This document shows, piece by piece, positions 29,599-40,235 of a stretch of 64,000 bases of DNA. The translations under genes were made by a program, and so were the position numbers. The stretch's first letter is position 1. The number at the start of each line of letters is the position of its first letter. The stretch is from Alphaproteobacteria bacterium. Lineage in GTDB: Bacteria > Pseudomonadota > Alphaproteobacteria > UBA828. Location: NCBI GenBank assembly GCA_963422645.2, contig CAXXVO010000014.1, positions 224,001 to 288,000 of the forward strand. The letters run 5' to 3'. The notes below the pieces were generated by a model. That model saw only the letters and a program-made list of their open reading frames with translations, made no database searches and had not been told where the DNA came from.

Positions 29599-31449
29599 TC
29601 AGTGGTCCAGCGTGGCAGCCTTGCCGGGCTCCTCCCACCAGGTCTCGAGAACGCCGCCGTAAACAGGCGTGAACTCGGGCCGGCCGAACTTGCTCCAGTA
29701 GGCGTAGCGGTCGTCGTTCAGGTGATAGAGGGGGATGACGTAGTGCCCCCACATCAGGATCCTGTCCATGGCGTGGATGGTCTCGGCGAAGGCCTCGCGC
29801 CCCCGCGCCTGGGTCATGCGCGCGATGAGTTGGTCGACGACCGGGTCCTTGATCCCCGGATAGTTGCGGGTCCCCTCCTGATCCGCGGCCTCGGCGCCCC
29901 AATAGAACGCCTGCTCGTTGCCTGGCGAGAGCGACACGCCCCAGCGGTAGAAGATCATGTCGAAGTCGTAAGTGTTGCGCCGGAACTGGAACTGGGCCGT
30001 GTCCACGGTGCGCACCTTCGCCTCCACGCCGAGACGTTCGAGATTGCGGGTGAAGGCGAGCGCGATCTTCTCGTTCCCCGGATTCACCAGCAGGATCTCG
30101 AAAGCGAGCGGCAGGCCGTCCGCGGCCCGCTGGAGAGTACCGTCCTGCACCTGCCAACCGGCCTCGGCGAGCAGGCGACGGGCCTCCGCAAGGTTCGCGC
30201 GCAGGCCGCCTTCCACAGCAGGCGCGTGGTAGGCGGTGTCGAAGAGCTTGGGCGGGAGGCTATCGCGGTGGGGCTCCAGCAGGGCCAGCTCGCCGCCCTC
30301 CGGCAGGCCGCGGAAGCCGAGCTCGGAGTTGTCGAAGATGCCCTTCGTGCGGACGTAGGCGCCCTGCAGCAGCGCCCTGTTCACCCACTCGAAGTCGAAG
30401 GCTAGCGAGAGCGCGTAGCGCACCGCGCGATCCTCGAACATCGGCCGCCGCGTGTTGAAGACCATGGCGCGCAGGCCGGAAGGCCGCCCGTGGGACAGCT
30501 GCTCGATGGTGACCCGGCCGTCTTCCGCTGCCGGGAAGTCGTAGCCTGTCGCCCAGCGCGCGGCCGAGCGCTCCAGGCGCAGGTCGTATTCGCCCGCGCG
30601 GAACGCCTCCATCATCACTTCCTCGTCGCGGTAGTAGTCGTAGCTGATGCGGTCGAAGTTATTCAGCCCCCGGTTGATTGGCAGGTTCCGCCCCCAGTAG
30701 TTGGGATCGCGGCGGTAGACGATGCCGCGGCCCGCATCGACGCTCTCGATCGTGTAGGGGCCGCTGCCGAGCGGCGGCGTGAGCGTCGTCTGCTCGAAGG
30801 TCACCGACGAGTAATAGGCCTTCGAGACGATCGGCATGAGCCCGAGGATCAGCGGCAGCTCGCGGTCCGGCGTCTCGGTGTCGAAGATGAAGCGCACCGA
30901 GCGCGCGTCGGGCCGTTCGATCTTCCGCACCTTGTTGTAATAGAGCCGGTGGTTGGGCCGGCCCTGCTCCTTCAGCGTCTCCCACGAGAAGATCACGTCG
31001 TCGACCGTGATCGGGCCGCCGTCGTGGAAATGCGCTTCCGGCCTCAAGGTGAAGGTGACGGACGAGCGGTCGTCCGGCACGTCGATCGATTCGGCGATCA
31101 GCCCGTAGAGGGAGAAGGGCTCGTCCCAGGTGCGCTTGAGCAGACTCTCGAAGAAATGGTGCCGCCCCGGCGCCGCCACACCCTTGATGATGAAGGGGTT
31201 GAGGTTGTCGAAGGTGCCCGTGACGGCGCGCCGAAGCTCGCCGCCCTTGGGCGCGTCCGGGTTGGCGTAGTCGAGATGCTGGAAGTCGGGGCCGTATTTT
31301 GGGGCCCCGTGCATCGCGATGCCGTGGACCGGCGCCGCCATGGATTGCGCGCCTGCAAGCGCGAGCGCAGCCAGCGCCACCGCCGGCAACAGCCACCGGG
31401 CCACCGCCCGGAAAGGGAAGCGCCCGCCGGCGCGGCTATCGACCGTCAT
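29599..31449 (-). CDS. Peptide ABC substrate-binding protein (YejA-like)
   Basis: HGIAMHGAPKY, YANPDAPKGG, GTFDNLNPFI, LGSGPY. ATG overlaps the frmA stop. Confidence 0.9.
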   Translation of the reverse strand: MTVDSRAGGRFPFRAVARWLLPAVALAALALAGAQSMAAPVHGIAMHGAPKYGPDFQHLDYANPDAPKGGELRRAVTGTFDNLNPFIIKGVAAPGRHHFFESLLKRTWDEPFSLYGLIAESIDVPDDRSSVTFTLRPEAHFHDGGPITVDDVIFSWETLKEQGRPNHRLYYNKVRKIERPDARSVRFIFDTETPDRELPLILGLMPIVSKAYYSSVTFEQTTLTPPLGSGPYTIESVDAGRGIVYRRDPNYWGRNLPINRGLNNFDRISYDYYRDEEVMMEAFRAGEYDLRLERSAARWATGYDFPAAEDGRVTIEQLSHGRPSGLRAMVFNTRRPMFEDRAVRYALSLAFDFEWVNRALLQGAYVRTKGIFDNSELGFRGLPEGGELALLEPHRDSLPPKLFDTAYHAPAVEGGLRANLAEARRLLAEAGWQVQDGTLQRAADGLPLAFEILLVNPGNEKIALAFTRNLERLGVEAKVRTVDTAQFQFRRNTYDFDMIFYRWGVSLSPGNEQAFYWGAEAADQEGTRNYPGIKDPVVDQLIARMTQARGREAFAETIHAMDRILMWGHYVIPLYHLNDDRYAYWSKFGRPEFTPVYGGVLETWWEEPGKAATLDH

Positions 31450-32558
31450 CAGAAGGTGACGACGCTGCGGATCGATTCGCCCTCGTGCATGAGGTGGAAG
31501 GCCTCGTTGATCTCGTCCAGCGGCATGGTGTGGGTGATCATCGGGTCGATTTCGAGCTTGCCGTCCATGTACCAGTCGACGATGCGGGGCACGTCGGTGC
31601 GGCCCTTGGCGCCGCCGAAGGCCGTGCCGCGCCAGACCCTGCCGGTCACGAGCTGGAAGGGACGGGTCGCGATCTCCTGGCCGGCGCCGGCGACGCCGAT
31701 GATGGTGCTCTCGCCCCAGCCCTTGTGGCAGCATTCGAGCGCCTGGCGCATGGTCTCCACATTGCCGATGCACTCGAAGCTGTGGTCTGCGCCGCCGCCC
31801 GTGAGGTCCACCAGATAGGGCACGAGGTCGCCTTCGACTTCCCTGGGATTGACGAAGTGGGTCATGCCGAATTGCTCGCCAAGCGCCTGGCGCTTCGGGT
31901 TGATGTCGACGCCGACGATCATGTTGGCGCCCACGAGGCGCGCGCCCTGGACGACGTTGAGGCCGATCCCGCCCAGGCCGAAGACCACGACATTGTCGCC
32001 GGGGCGCACCTTTGCCGTGTTGATCACGGCGCCGACTCCGGTGGTCACACCGCAGCCGATGTAGCAGATCGTCTCGAAGGGCGCGTCGTCGCGGACCTTG
32101 GCGACGGAGTATTCCGAGACCACCGTGTAGTTCGCGAAGGTCGACGTGCCCATGTAGTGGAAGATCTTGTCGCCGCCGAGCGAGAAACGGCTGGAGCCGT
32201 CCGGCATCACGCCCGCCCCCTGGGTCAGGCGGATCGACTGGCAGAGGTTGGTCTTGCCGCTCAGGCAGTATTCGCACTGGCGGCATTCGGGCACGTAGAG
32301 CGGGATCACGTGATCCCCGGGCGCGACGCTCGTCACGCCTTCGCCCACTTCCGCCACCACGCCTGCGCCCTCGTGCCCGAGGATGGCGGGGAAGAGCCCT
32401 TCCGGGTCATCGCCCGAGAGGGTGAAGGCATCGGTGTGGCAGACCCCGGTGGCCTTGACCTCGATCAGCACCTCGCCGGCCCGTGGGCCGTCGAGGTTCA
32501 CGGTTTCGATGCTGAGCGGCTTGCCTGCGCCGGTCGCCAGCGCCGCGCGGACCTCCAT
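31449..32558 (-). CDS. frmA: S-(hydroxymethyl)glutathione dehydrogenase / class III ADH
   Basis: [26 protein letters not shown], CxxCxx[20 protein letters not shown]. Confidence 0.97.
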   Translation of the reverse strand: MEVRAALATGAGKPLSIETVNLDGPRAGEVLIEVKATGVCHTDAFTLSGDDPEGLFPAILGHEGAGVVAEVGEGVTSVAPGDHVIPLYVPECRQCEYCLSGKTNLCQSIRLTQGAGVMPDGSSRFSLGGDKIFHYMGTSTFANYTVVSEYSVAKVRDDAPFETICYIGCGVTTGVGAVINTAKVRPGDNVVVFGLGGIGLNVVQGARLVGANMIVGVDINPKRQALGEQFGMTHFVNPREVEGDLVPYLVDLTGGGADHSFECIGNVETMRQALECCHKGWGESTIIGVAGAGQEIATRPFQLVTGRVWRGTAFGGAKGRTDVPRIVDWYMDGKLEIDPMITHTMPLDEINEAFHLMHEGESIRSVVTF

Positions 32559-32636
32559 CGCACCCTCCTCACGTCGATTCGTCAGTGAGATTTACTGTCT
32601 CACCGGGCGCAGGCGCGGGCAACACCGCACGCGATC

Positions 32637-32759
32637 CTAGAGCGCGTCCGTCTTTGACGGACGCGCGACAGGCCGCGCCCGCGCAGGCGCCGGACGCAGG
32701 CCGGCTGCCGTGAGCGACAAAGAAGCAGAGCGTTTCCGTGTTAAACGGATACGCTCTAG
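32637..32759. repeat. MITE/REP-like palindromic element
   Basis: Termini CTAGAGCG...CGCTCTAG with two internal hairpins. The 44-bp core (32674-32717) recurs at 24813-24856 with 2 mismatches. Confidence 0.7.
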
Positions 32760-34426
32760 CGCTGCCGGTTCTCCCAGTCGGGGTGGACCCAGGGTACGTC
32801 GTTCGCCGGCGGCAGCGGCTCGCGGCCGAGGATGTGGTCCGATGCCTTCTCGCCCACCATGATGGAGGGTGCGTTGAGGTTGCCGTTGGTGATGTGCGGG
32901 AAGATCGAGCTGTCGGCCACGCGCAGCCCGTCCACCCCGATCACGCGGCAGGTCGGGTCGACCACCGCGTCCGCATCGTCGGCCGCGCCCATGCGGCAGG
33001 TGCCGCAGGGGTGGTAGGCGCTTTCGACGGCGCCCTTCACGAAGCCGTCGATTTCGTCGTCGGACTGGACCGCCGCGCCCGGCGCGATCTCGTCGCCGGT
33101 GTAGTCGGCGAGCGCCGGCTGGGAGAGGATCTCCCGCGTCAGCCGGATACAGGCCCGGAAGGTTTGCCGATCCTCCTCGTGGGACATGTAGTTGAAGAGG
33201 ATCGAGGGCGCCGCCGCGGGCTCGGACGAGGTAAGCCGCACGCGGCCCCGCGACTTCGAGCGCATCGGCCCGACATGGGTCTGGAAGCCGTGGCCCTCGG
33301 CGGCGGCCTTGCCGTCGTAGCGCACCGCGAAGGGCAGGAAGTGGTACTGTATGTTCGGGTACTTCACGCCGGCGCGGGAGCGGATGAAGCCGCATGACTC
33401 GAAGTGGTTGGTGGCGCCAAGGCCGTTCCTGAACATGAGCCAGCGCGCGCCGATCAGCGCCTTGGAGAACAGGTTCCAGTGGCGATAGAGCGTGATCGCC
33501 TGCCGGCACTTCACCTGAAGGTAGACTTCCAGATGGTCCTGCAGGTTGGCGCCGACGCCAGGCCGGTCGGCGACAACATCGATGGCCTGCTCCCGCAGGT
33601 GCTCGGCCGGGCCGATGCCGGAGAGCATGAGCAGCTTCGGCGAGTTGATCGAGGAGGCGGCGAGGATGACTTCGGCCTTGGCGCGCACGCGGCGGACCGT
33701 GCCGCCTGTCTCGTACTCGACGCCGATCGCGCGCCCGTCCTCCATGACCACGCGGCGGACGTGCGCATGGGTCCGGAGCGCCAGGTTGCGGCGCTGCAGC
33801 GCTGGCTTGAGGTAGGCGTTGGCGGCTGACCAGCGGCGGCCGCGCCACACGGTCATCTCCATCGCCCCAAAACCTTCCTGGCGCTCGCCGTTGTAGTCGG
33901 CGGTCATCGCGTAGCCGGCCTGCTCGCCCGCCTCGATGAAGCTCTGGTAGAGCGGGTTCTCCATGTGCCCGCGAGTGACGTGCAGGGGGCCCTCGCTGCC
34001 GCGCCATCCGGCCTGGCCGCCGTGCGCGTGCTCCATGCGGCGGTAGTAGGGCAGCACGTGGCGATAGCCCCAGCCCGCCGCGCCCAGCTCCTCCCAGGTG
34101 TCGAAGTCGCAGGCGTTGCCGCGCACGTAGACCATGCCGTTGACGGACGACGAGCCGCCGATCACCTTGCCGCGCGGCGTCGCAAGCCGCCGCCCGCCGA
34201 GGTGAGGTTCAGGCTCGGTCGCGAAGCCCCAATCGTAGCGCCGCATGTTCATGGGGTAGGAGAGGGCGGCCGGCATCTGGATCAGCGGGCCCGCGTCGCT
34301 CCCGCCATGTTCCAACACGAGCACGCGGTTGCGAGAATCCTCGGAGAGCCGTGCGGCGAGCACGCAGCCGGCGGACCCCGAGCCCACGATCACATAGTCG
34401 AACTCGTCGTCGAAGCGGGCGGTCAT
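32756..34426 (-). CDS. betA: Choline dehydrogenase
   Basis: GMC oxidoreductase motifs [41 protein letters not shown]. Next to betI. Confidence 0.95.
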   Translation of the reverse strand: MTARFDDEFDYVIVGSGSAGCVLAARLSEDSRNRVLVLEHGGSDAGPLIQMPAALSYPMNMRRYDWGFATEPEPHLGGRRLATPRGKVIGGSSSVNGMVYVRGNACDFDTWEELGAAGWGYRHVLPYYRRMEHAHGGQAGWRGSEGPLHVTRGHMENPLYQSFIEAGEQAGYAMTADYNGERQEGFGAMEMTVWRGRRWSAANAYLKPALQRRNLALRTHAHVRRVVMEDGRAIGVEYETGGTVRRVRAKAEVILAASSINSPKLLMLSGIGPAEHLREQAIDVVADRPGVGANLQDHLEVYLQVKCRQAITLYRHWNLFSKALIGARWLMFRNGLGATNHFESCGFIRSRAGVKYPNIQYHFLPFAVRYDGKAAAEGHGFQTHVGPMRSKSRGRVRLTSSEPAAAPSILFNYMSHEEDRQTFRACIRLTREILSQPALADYTGDEIAPGAAVQSDDEIDGFVKGAVESAYHPCGTCRMGAADDADAVVDPTCRVIGVDGLRVADSSIFPHITNGNLNAPSIMVGEKASDHILGREPLPPANDVPWVHPDWENRQR

Positions 34427-34623
34427 TGAGCTGCAGTCTTTGAGGTCACGCGCCTACAGCCGCTCGGTTGCGAGCACCGGGCCGAAGGCCCGGACGGCGC
34501 GAACGCGCGTCGCACGGCCACGTGCGCGGGCGCACGATGCGCCGAATGGCGCGTAGCGTCGCGCGGTTACGCGCGCAGGGGCGCGCAATGCGAGCGGAGC
34601 GAACGCCCGGCGCTTGAGGGACA

Positions 34624-35205
34624 TCAAGAAGGCTCGAGCTGGCTGTCGATGTGCGCTTCCATGATCGCGATGGCACTCTCGCCGCAGGGCTCCGCATCGC
34701 CGAGCACGCGGCGCAGCCAGAGCCCGTCGATCATGGCGGCAGTGGACTCGGCTGCGACCTCCGCGGTCTCCCGCGTCGGCAGGCGCTTGTACTCGTGGCG
34801 CAGATTGCTGGTGAGCCGGCGCGCGTAGATGTGGAGCAGGCGGCGCACCTCGGGCTCGGTATGTGCCTGAACGTAGAAGGTGAGCCAGGCGGAGATCACC
34901 TCGGGGCGAAGCTGGTCGTCGCAGAAGCTGCCGTCCACGATGGCGGACAGCCGCTTGCGCGGGGTGTTGGCTTCACGCAGCCGCTCCCTGATGCCGGTGC
35001 CGAACTCGATGAGCAGGTGGCGCATGGTCGCGATGATGAGCGCGCCCTTGGAGCCGAAGTAGTGATGGACGAGCCCCTGGGAGAGGCCGGCCTCGCGCGC
35101 GACAGCGCCGGTGGTCAGCTCGACGAACCCCCGGTCGTGAATGCTCCTGATCGCGGCCTCGACGAAGGCGCGACGGCGCACGGGCGCTATTCCGGTCTTT
35201 GGCAT
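34624..35205 (-). CDS. betI: Choline-responsive TetR repressor
   Basis: MPKTG..PVRR, HHYFGSK, AWLTFY, YARRLTSNL, AMIDGLWLR. Confidence 0.93.
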   Translation of the reverse strand: MPKTGIAPVRRRAFVEAAIRSIHDRGFVELTTGAVAREAGLSQGLVHHYFGSKGALIIATMRHLLIEFGTGIRERLREANTPRKRLSAIVDGSFCDDQLRPEVISAWLTFYVQAHTEPEVRRLLHIYARRLTSNLRHEYKRLPTRETAEVAAESTAAMIDGLWLRRVLGDAEPCGESAIAIMEAHIDSQLEPS

Positions 35206-35230
35206 CGGCTGCTCCTGTACTCCCCGTCAT

Positions 35231-35254
35231 TATATTGGTTGGTTGACCAATCAA
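35231..35254. promoter_or_regulatory. Putative BetI operator
   Basis: Imperfect palindrome TTGGTTGGTTGACCAATCAA in the divergent betI/choX gap, resembling TTGATTG-type BetI sites. Confidence 0.6.
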
Positions 35255-35304
35255 CAAAAGATTGCGAGAGTCGCTGCAACGTAGCGAGCGTGAGGGAGGG
35301 TTCA

Positions 35305-36255
35305 ATGCACATTCGGATGACATCCGCAATTGCCGCCGTCGCCATGGGCGCCGCGGTCATGGCGGGAAATGCCTATGCCGACGACGCCGCCACCTGCAGT
35401 GAGGTGGAATTCTCGGACGTCGGCTGGAGCTGCATCACGGCGACCACCGCCGTGGCCACCACGGTTCTCGAAGGGCTCGGCTATGAGCCCAAGGCGACCG
35501 TGCTCTCGGTGCCGGTGACCTTCGCCAGCCTTTCCAACGGCGACATCGACGCCTTCCTCGGCCTCTGGCTGCCGACCCAGCAGAGCATGATCGACCCCTA
35601 CTTCAACGACGGCACCATCGAGAACGTGGCCGTCAATCTCGAGGGCGCCAAGTACACCCTCGCCGTGCCCACCTATGTTTACGAGGCCGGGGTCAAGACC
35701 TTCGGCGACATCGCCGCCCACGCCGACAAGTTCGACAGCAAGTTCTACGGCATCGAGCCCGGCAACGACGGCAATCAGATCATCCAGGGCATGATCGACG
35801 GCGACGCCTTCGGCCTCAGCGGCTTCGAGGTCGTGGAGTCGAGCGAGCAGGGCATGCTGTCCCAGGTCGAGGCCGCGGTCAGGAGCGACGAGTGGATCGT
35901 CTTCCTCGGCTGGGAGCCGCATCCCATGAACCGCCGCTTCGACATGAGCTATCTCGATGGCGGCGACGACTACTTCGGCGCCAACTTCGGCGGCGCCACG
36001 GTCTACACGCTGGCCCACGCCGGCTATTCCGAGGCCTGCCCCAACGTCGGCGCGCTGCTGAAGAACATGCGCTTCTCGTTGGCGCTTGAGAACGAGATGA
36101 TGGGCTATATGCTCGACGACGGGATGGACCCGCAGGCGGCCGCCCGGAAGCTCGTCGAGATGCACCCCGAGCTGGTCGACGAGTGGCTCGCGGGCGTGAC
36201 CACGCTTGACGGTCAGGATGGCGCGGCTGCCGTGAAGGCCCATCTCAGCATGTAG
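35305..36255 (+). CDS. choX: Choline ABC transporter substrate-binding protein
   Basis: FSDVGW, NLEGAKYTLAVP, YGIEPGNDGN, FLGWEPHPMN. Confidence 0.92.
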   Translation: MHIRMTSAIAAVAMGAAVMAGNAYADDAATCSEVEFSDVGWSCITATTAVATTVLEGLGYEPKATVLSVPVTFASLSNGDIDAFLGLWLPTQQSMIDPYFNDGTIENVAVNLEGAKYTLAVPTYVYEAGVKTFGDIAAHADKFDSKFYGIEPGNDGNQIIQGMIDGDAFGLSGFEVVESSEQGMLSQVEAAVRSDEWIVFLGWEPHPMNRRFDMSYLDGGDDYFGANFGGATVYTLAHAGYSEACPNVGALLKNMRFSLALENEMMGYMLDDGMDPQAAARKLVEMHPELVDEWLAGVTTLDGQDGAAAVKAHLSM

Positions 36256-36351
36256 CGGCCGATTACGCGGGCGGTCCAAGGGGCCGAATTCGCGGGCGGT
36301 CGGCGCTGAGAGGCGTCGGCCGCCCGTCCCGTCCGGTCGGGGAGGGGCGTC

Positions 36352-37227
36352 ATGGGCACCGACGATCTCGGAGTCCTTACCGAGAAAATTCCGATCGGCA
36401 AGTGGGTCGCCAACGCAATCGAGTTCATCAAGGACAACTTCTTCCACGAGCTCCGAGCGTTCTCCGGCGGTCTGGACTGGCTGCTCGAATCCTTCGCCTA
36501 CTTCCTCGGCCTGATCCCGCCGCTGGCCTTCATCGCCATGGTGGCGGGCGTGGCATTCTGGCTGCACCGAAGCATCGTGCTCGTGATCGGCGTGGTCATC
36601 GGGCTGCTGCTGGTCCTCAACATCGGCTACTGGGAAGAGATGCTGTTCACGGTGGTGCTGGTCTCGGCCTCCACCATCGTGTGCATCCTGGTGGGCGTGC
36701 CCATGGGCATCGCGGCGGCGCACCGGCCCTGGCTCTACCGGATGCTGCGGCCGATCCTCGACCTGATGCAGACCATCCCGCCCTTCGTCTATCTGATCCC
36801 GACACTCACCTTCTTCGGGCTGGGCCTGGTGCCGGGGCTGATCTCCACCGTGATCTTCGCCATCCCGGCGCCCGTTCGGCTCACCCATCTCGGCATCTCC
36901 AGCGCGCCCCGGCCGCTCCTGGAGGCGGGCCGCGCTTTCGGCGCCAGCGACATGCAGCTCCTGCTCAAGGTCGAGCTTCCTCATGCGATGCCGACCATCA
37001 TGCAGGGCATCACCCAGTGCATCATGCTCTCGCTCTCGATGGTGGTGATCGCCGCGCTGGTGGGGGCGGACGGGCTCGGCGTGCCGGTGGTCCGCGCGCT
37101 CACCACGGTCAACGTCGCGCAGGGCTTCGAGGCCGGGCTGGCCATCGTGGTCGTCGCCATCGTGCTCGATCGCATCCTGAAGCAGTCCGAGAGACGCAAG
37201 GGCAGGGGCGGCACCGCCACACACTGA
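36352..37227 (+). CDS. choW: Choline ABC transporter permease
   Basis: RPILDLMQTIP.FVYLIP, KVELP.AMPTIM, GFEAGLAIV. Confidence 0.92.
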   Translation: MGTDDLGVLTEKIPIGKWVANAIEFIKDNFFHELRAFSGGLDWLLESFAYFLGLIPPLAFIAMVAGVAFWLHRSIVLVIGVVIGLLLVLNIGYWEEMLFTVVLVSASTIVCILVGVPMGIAAAHRPWLYRMLRPILDLMQTIPPFVYLIPTLTFFGLGLVPGLISTVIFAIPAPVRLTHLGISSAPRPLLEAGRAFGASDMQLLLKVELPHAMPTIMQGITQCIMLSLSMVVIAALVGADGLGVPVVRALTTVNVAQGFEAGLAIVVVAIVLDRILKQSERRKGRGGTATH

Positions 37228-38468
37228 TGGCCGTCATCACCTTCGATCGGGTCGATGTGATCTTTGGCCGGCGGGTCAAGGAGGCGCTGGCCCTGCTCGA
37301 TGCCGGCGCCGACAAGGACCGCATCTTCGAAGAGACCGGTCAGGTGGTGGGCGTGCAGGACGCCTCGCTCCAGGTCGAGGCCGGCGAAATCTTCGTCCTC
37401 ATGGGGCTCTCGGGCTCCGGCAAGTCGACGCTGCTGCGCTGCGTCAACGGGCTCAACCAGGCCACGCGCGGGCGGGTGCTGATCGACGACGGCGGCACGG
37501 AAATCGACGTGACCGACTGCGACCCCAAGCTGATGCGCACGCTTCGCATGAACCGGGTCTCCATGGTCTTCCAGCAATTCGCGCTGATGCCGTGGCGCAC
37601 CATCGGCGCCAATGTCGCCTTCGGGCTGGAGGTGCGCGGCGTGCCCAAGGCCGAGCGCCGCAAGCGGGTGGCGGAGGTGCTCGACCAGGTCGGGCTGGGC
37701 TCCTGGCTCGGCCACTATCCGCACGAGCTCTCCGGCGGCATGCAGCAGCGCGTGGGCCTCGCCCGCGCGTTCGCCACCAATGCCGAGATCCTGCTGATGG
37801 ACGAGCCCTTCTCGGCCCTCGATCCGCTGATCCGCGAGCGCCTGCAGGACGAGCTGCTGGCGTTGCAGAAGACGCTGCGCCGGACCATCCTCTTCGTCAG
37901 CCACGACCTCGACGAAGCGCTCAAGATCGGCACCCGGATCGCCATCATGGAGGGCGGGCGCATCATCCAGGTGGGGCCTCCGGAACAGATCGTCACCGAG
38001 CCGGCGGACGAGTACGTGCGCCAGTTCGTCGCCAACGTGAATCCGCTCAACGTCTTGCGCGGGGTCTCTCTGATGCGCCCGTTGGCCGAGCTCCGCAGCG
38101 AGGACGGCGTTCACCTGCTCGACGACGCATCGGCCATGTTCTGCCGGCTGGATAATGAGAGGCGACCGGAGGCGTTCGGCCTCGAAGGCGCGCCGGCTGA
38201 GCTCGTGCCGTATCGGGAAGACCTCGATCTCGCCTCGCTCGACAATGGCGCGATCGTCGCGGGCAGCCCCGAGACGACCATGCGCACCGCCCTTGAGGTG
38301 CGCCACGAGACCGGGCGTGCGATGCCGCTGCTCGACGACGACGGCCGCCTGATCGGCGTGATCGGCGCCGCCGAGCTGCTGGCCGCGCTGGTGCACCGGG
38401 GCGCCGGCGCCGCGCCGCCCAAGGACGAGGACGTGCCGGCGGCCGATCCGGCACCGCCCGAACGATGA
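37227..38468 (+). CDS. choV: Choline ABC transporter ATPase
   Basis: MGLSGSGKS, LSGGMQQRVG, LMDEPFSALDP. TGATG overlap with choW. Confidence 0.92.
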   Translation: MAVITFDRVDVIFGRRVKEALALLDAGADKDRIFEETGQVVGVQDASLQVEAGEIFVLMGLSGSGKSTLLRCVNGLNQATRGRVLIDDGGTEIDVTDCDPKLMRTLRMNRVSMVFQQFALMPWRTIGANVAFGLEVRGVPKAERRKRVAEVLDQVGLGSWLGHYPHELSGGMQQRVGLARAFATNAEILLMDEPFSALDPLIRERLQDELLALQKTLRRTILFVSHDLDEALKIGTRIAIMEGGRIIQVGPPEQIVTEPADEYVRQFVANVNPLNVLRGVSLMRPLAELRSEDGVHLLDDASAMFCRLDNERRPEAFGLEGAPAELVPYREDLDLASLDNGAIVAGSPETTMRTALEVRHETGRAMPLLDDDGRLIGVIGAAELLAALVHRGAGAAPPKDEDVPAADPAPPER

Positions 38469-38479
38469 AGGGGACCATC

Positions 38480-39289
38480 ATGGCACGCAGGGTCCGCAAC
38501 CTCGCGCTGTTCCTGCTCGCGCTGCTCGCAGCACCGGCGGCCTTGGCGCACTACGTCGATCTGAACCAGGCGCTGCACAGCAGGAACACGCTGACCGTCG
38601 GTATCGCGCTCACCGGCACGCCCTTCGCCTACAAGAAGGACGGCGTGGTCCGGGGCTTCGAGGTCGAGATGGCGCAGGCCGTCGCCGAGGCCCACGGGCT
38701 CGCGCTGGAGGTCGTCCGCCTGCCGCGGGCGCGGCTGGCGGCGGCGCTCGCCGCAGGCGAGGTGGACGTCGCCAACACGCTCGCCATGGACGCGGAACCG
38801 GCGGACATCAAGACCGTGCCCTATCTGGTGGTCGGCGATCACCTGATGGTGCTCCGGGGCAACCCCTTTCGCATCCGGGAGACGGACGACCTGAGCGGCC
38901 GGGTCACTTCGGTCACCTCGGGCTCGAGCGCCGAGCGCTTCGCCCACGCCCTCAACCGGGAGTTCGAGGAAGCAGGCCGGGCCCCGATGCATGTCCATTC
39001 CTTCCCCGAAGACCGCTGGACCCACTTCCCGGTCTCCATGGGGCACGCGCAGGGCTACTTCATCCAGACCGTGAGCGCGGTGGCGGTGAATGCCGATCCC
39101 AACTCGCGCAACCGTCTCGTCGAAGGCGTGTTCCGCCCGGTGCGCGAGGTGGGCTTCGCCGTGCGCAAGGACAACGACAAGCTGCACCACGCAGTCGAGC
39201 ACGCCGTCGCCGCCATGGTCGCCACAGGCAAGTACCGCAAGCTGCGGGAGTCCTACGACCTGCCGCCCGAGCTTTCGCCTTACCGCTAG
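38480..39289 (+). CDS. Amino-acid ABC (family 3) substrate-binding protein, orphan
   Basis: Signal peptide, LTVG...PFAY...GFEVE, C-terminal GKYRKL. Confidence 0.8.
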   Translation: MARRVRNLALFLLALLAAPAALAHYVDLNQALHSRNTLTVGIALTGTPFAYKKDGVVRGFEVEMAQAVAEAHGLALEVVRLPRARLAAALAAGEVDVANTLAMDAEPADIKTVPYLVVGDHLMVLRGNPFRIRETDDLSGRVTSVTSGSSAERFAHALNREFEEAGRAPMHVHSFPEDRWTHFPVSMGHAQGYFIQTVSAVAVNADPNSRNRLVEGVFRPVREVGFAVRKDNDKLHHAVEHAVAAMVATGKYRKLRESYDLPPELSPYR

Positions 39290-39302
39290 GGCGTCCCTCT
39301 CC

Positions 39303-40232
39303 CTACACACCCCGCAGCCGCGGGTCGAGCGCATCCCGCAGGCCGTCGCCGATGTAGTTGACGCTCAGAACCGTGAGCGAGATCGCCAATCCTGGCCAGA
39401 GCACCCGCGCCGGCGTGACGGAGATGAAGTTGGCGCCGTCGAAGAGCAGCCGCCCCCAGGTCGGGAAGTCCGGCGGGAAGCCGAGCCCCAAGAACGAGAG
39501 CGCCGACTCCGTGATGATCGCGTTGGCGATGCCAAGCGTCGCAGACACCATGATCGGGCTCAGCACGTTGGGCAGGATGTGGCGGGTGATGATGCGCCGC
39601 CTGCGGGTACCGATGCTGCGCGCAGCGGTCACGAACTCGCGTTCCCTGAGCGCCAGCACGTCGCCCCGCACGATGCGCGCGGTCTGCATCCAGCTCGTGA
39701 TGCCGATAATGAACACCACCAGCAGGAAGATCCCGGTCTCCGGGCCGAAGGCGGCGCGTAGGCTGTCGCGGAAGAGCATGATGACGACCAGAAGGAGCGG
39801 CAGCAGCGGCAGCGCCAGGAACATGTCGGTGAGCCGCATCAAGAGGCCGTCGAGCCCCCTGAAAAATCCGGCGAGCATACCCACCAGGGTGCCGAGCACC
39901 AGCGCGATCGTCATCGCGGTGAAGCCGACCGCGAGCGATATGCGACCGCCCGCCAGCACCTGGGCCAGCGTGTCGCGGCCCAGGTTGTCGGTCCCCATCG
40001 GATGCTTGAGGGAGGGGCCCTCGTTCTTCGCCAGGATGTCGAGGTAGTGCGGGTCCAGGGTGTGGATCAGCGGGCCGATTGCGACCGCGAGCGCGATGGC
40101 GACGAAGACTCCCGCGCCCGCCAGCGCGCCGGTGTGGTTGCGGAAGGCGAGCCACACGTCCATCCAGAGCGAACGGTGGCGTTGCGCTCCGCGCGAGGGG
40201 GCGGAGAGGCTGGATGAGGGCGCCGCCGGCAT
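39303..40232 (-). CDS. Peptide ABC permease (OppC/DppC-like)
   Basis: HPMGTDNLGRD, REFVTAARSIG, HILPN, ESALSFLGLG, GDGLRDALDPR. Confidence 0.92.
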   Translation of the reverse strand: MPAAPSSSLSAPSRGAQRHRSLWMDVWLAFRNHTGALAGAGVFVAIALAVAIGPLIHTLDPHYLDILAKNEGPSLKHPMGTDNLGRDTLAQVLAGGRISLAVGFTAMTIALVLGTLVGMLAGFFRGLDGLLMRLTDMFLALPLLPLLLVVIMLFRDSLRAAFGPETGIFLLVVFIIGITSWMQTARIVRGDVLALREREFVTAARSIGTRRRRIITRHILPNVLSPIMVSATLGIANAIITESALSFLGLGFPPDFPTWGRLLFDGANFISVTPARVLWPGLAISLTVLSVNYIGDGLRDALDPRLRGV

Positions 40233-40235
40233 CGC

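Noticed and set aside
29599-32286. 895-aa fusion protein
   Set aside because: The N-terminal part is an alternate frame of frmA; the binding protein starts at 31449.
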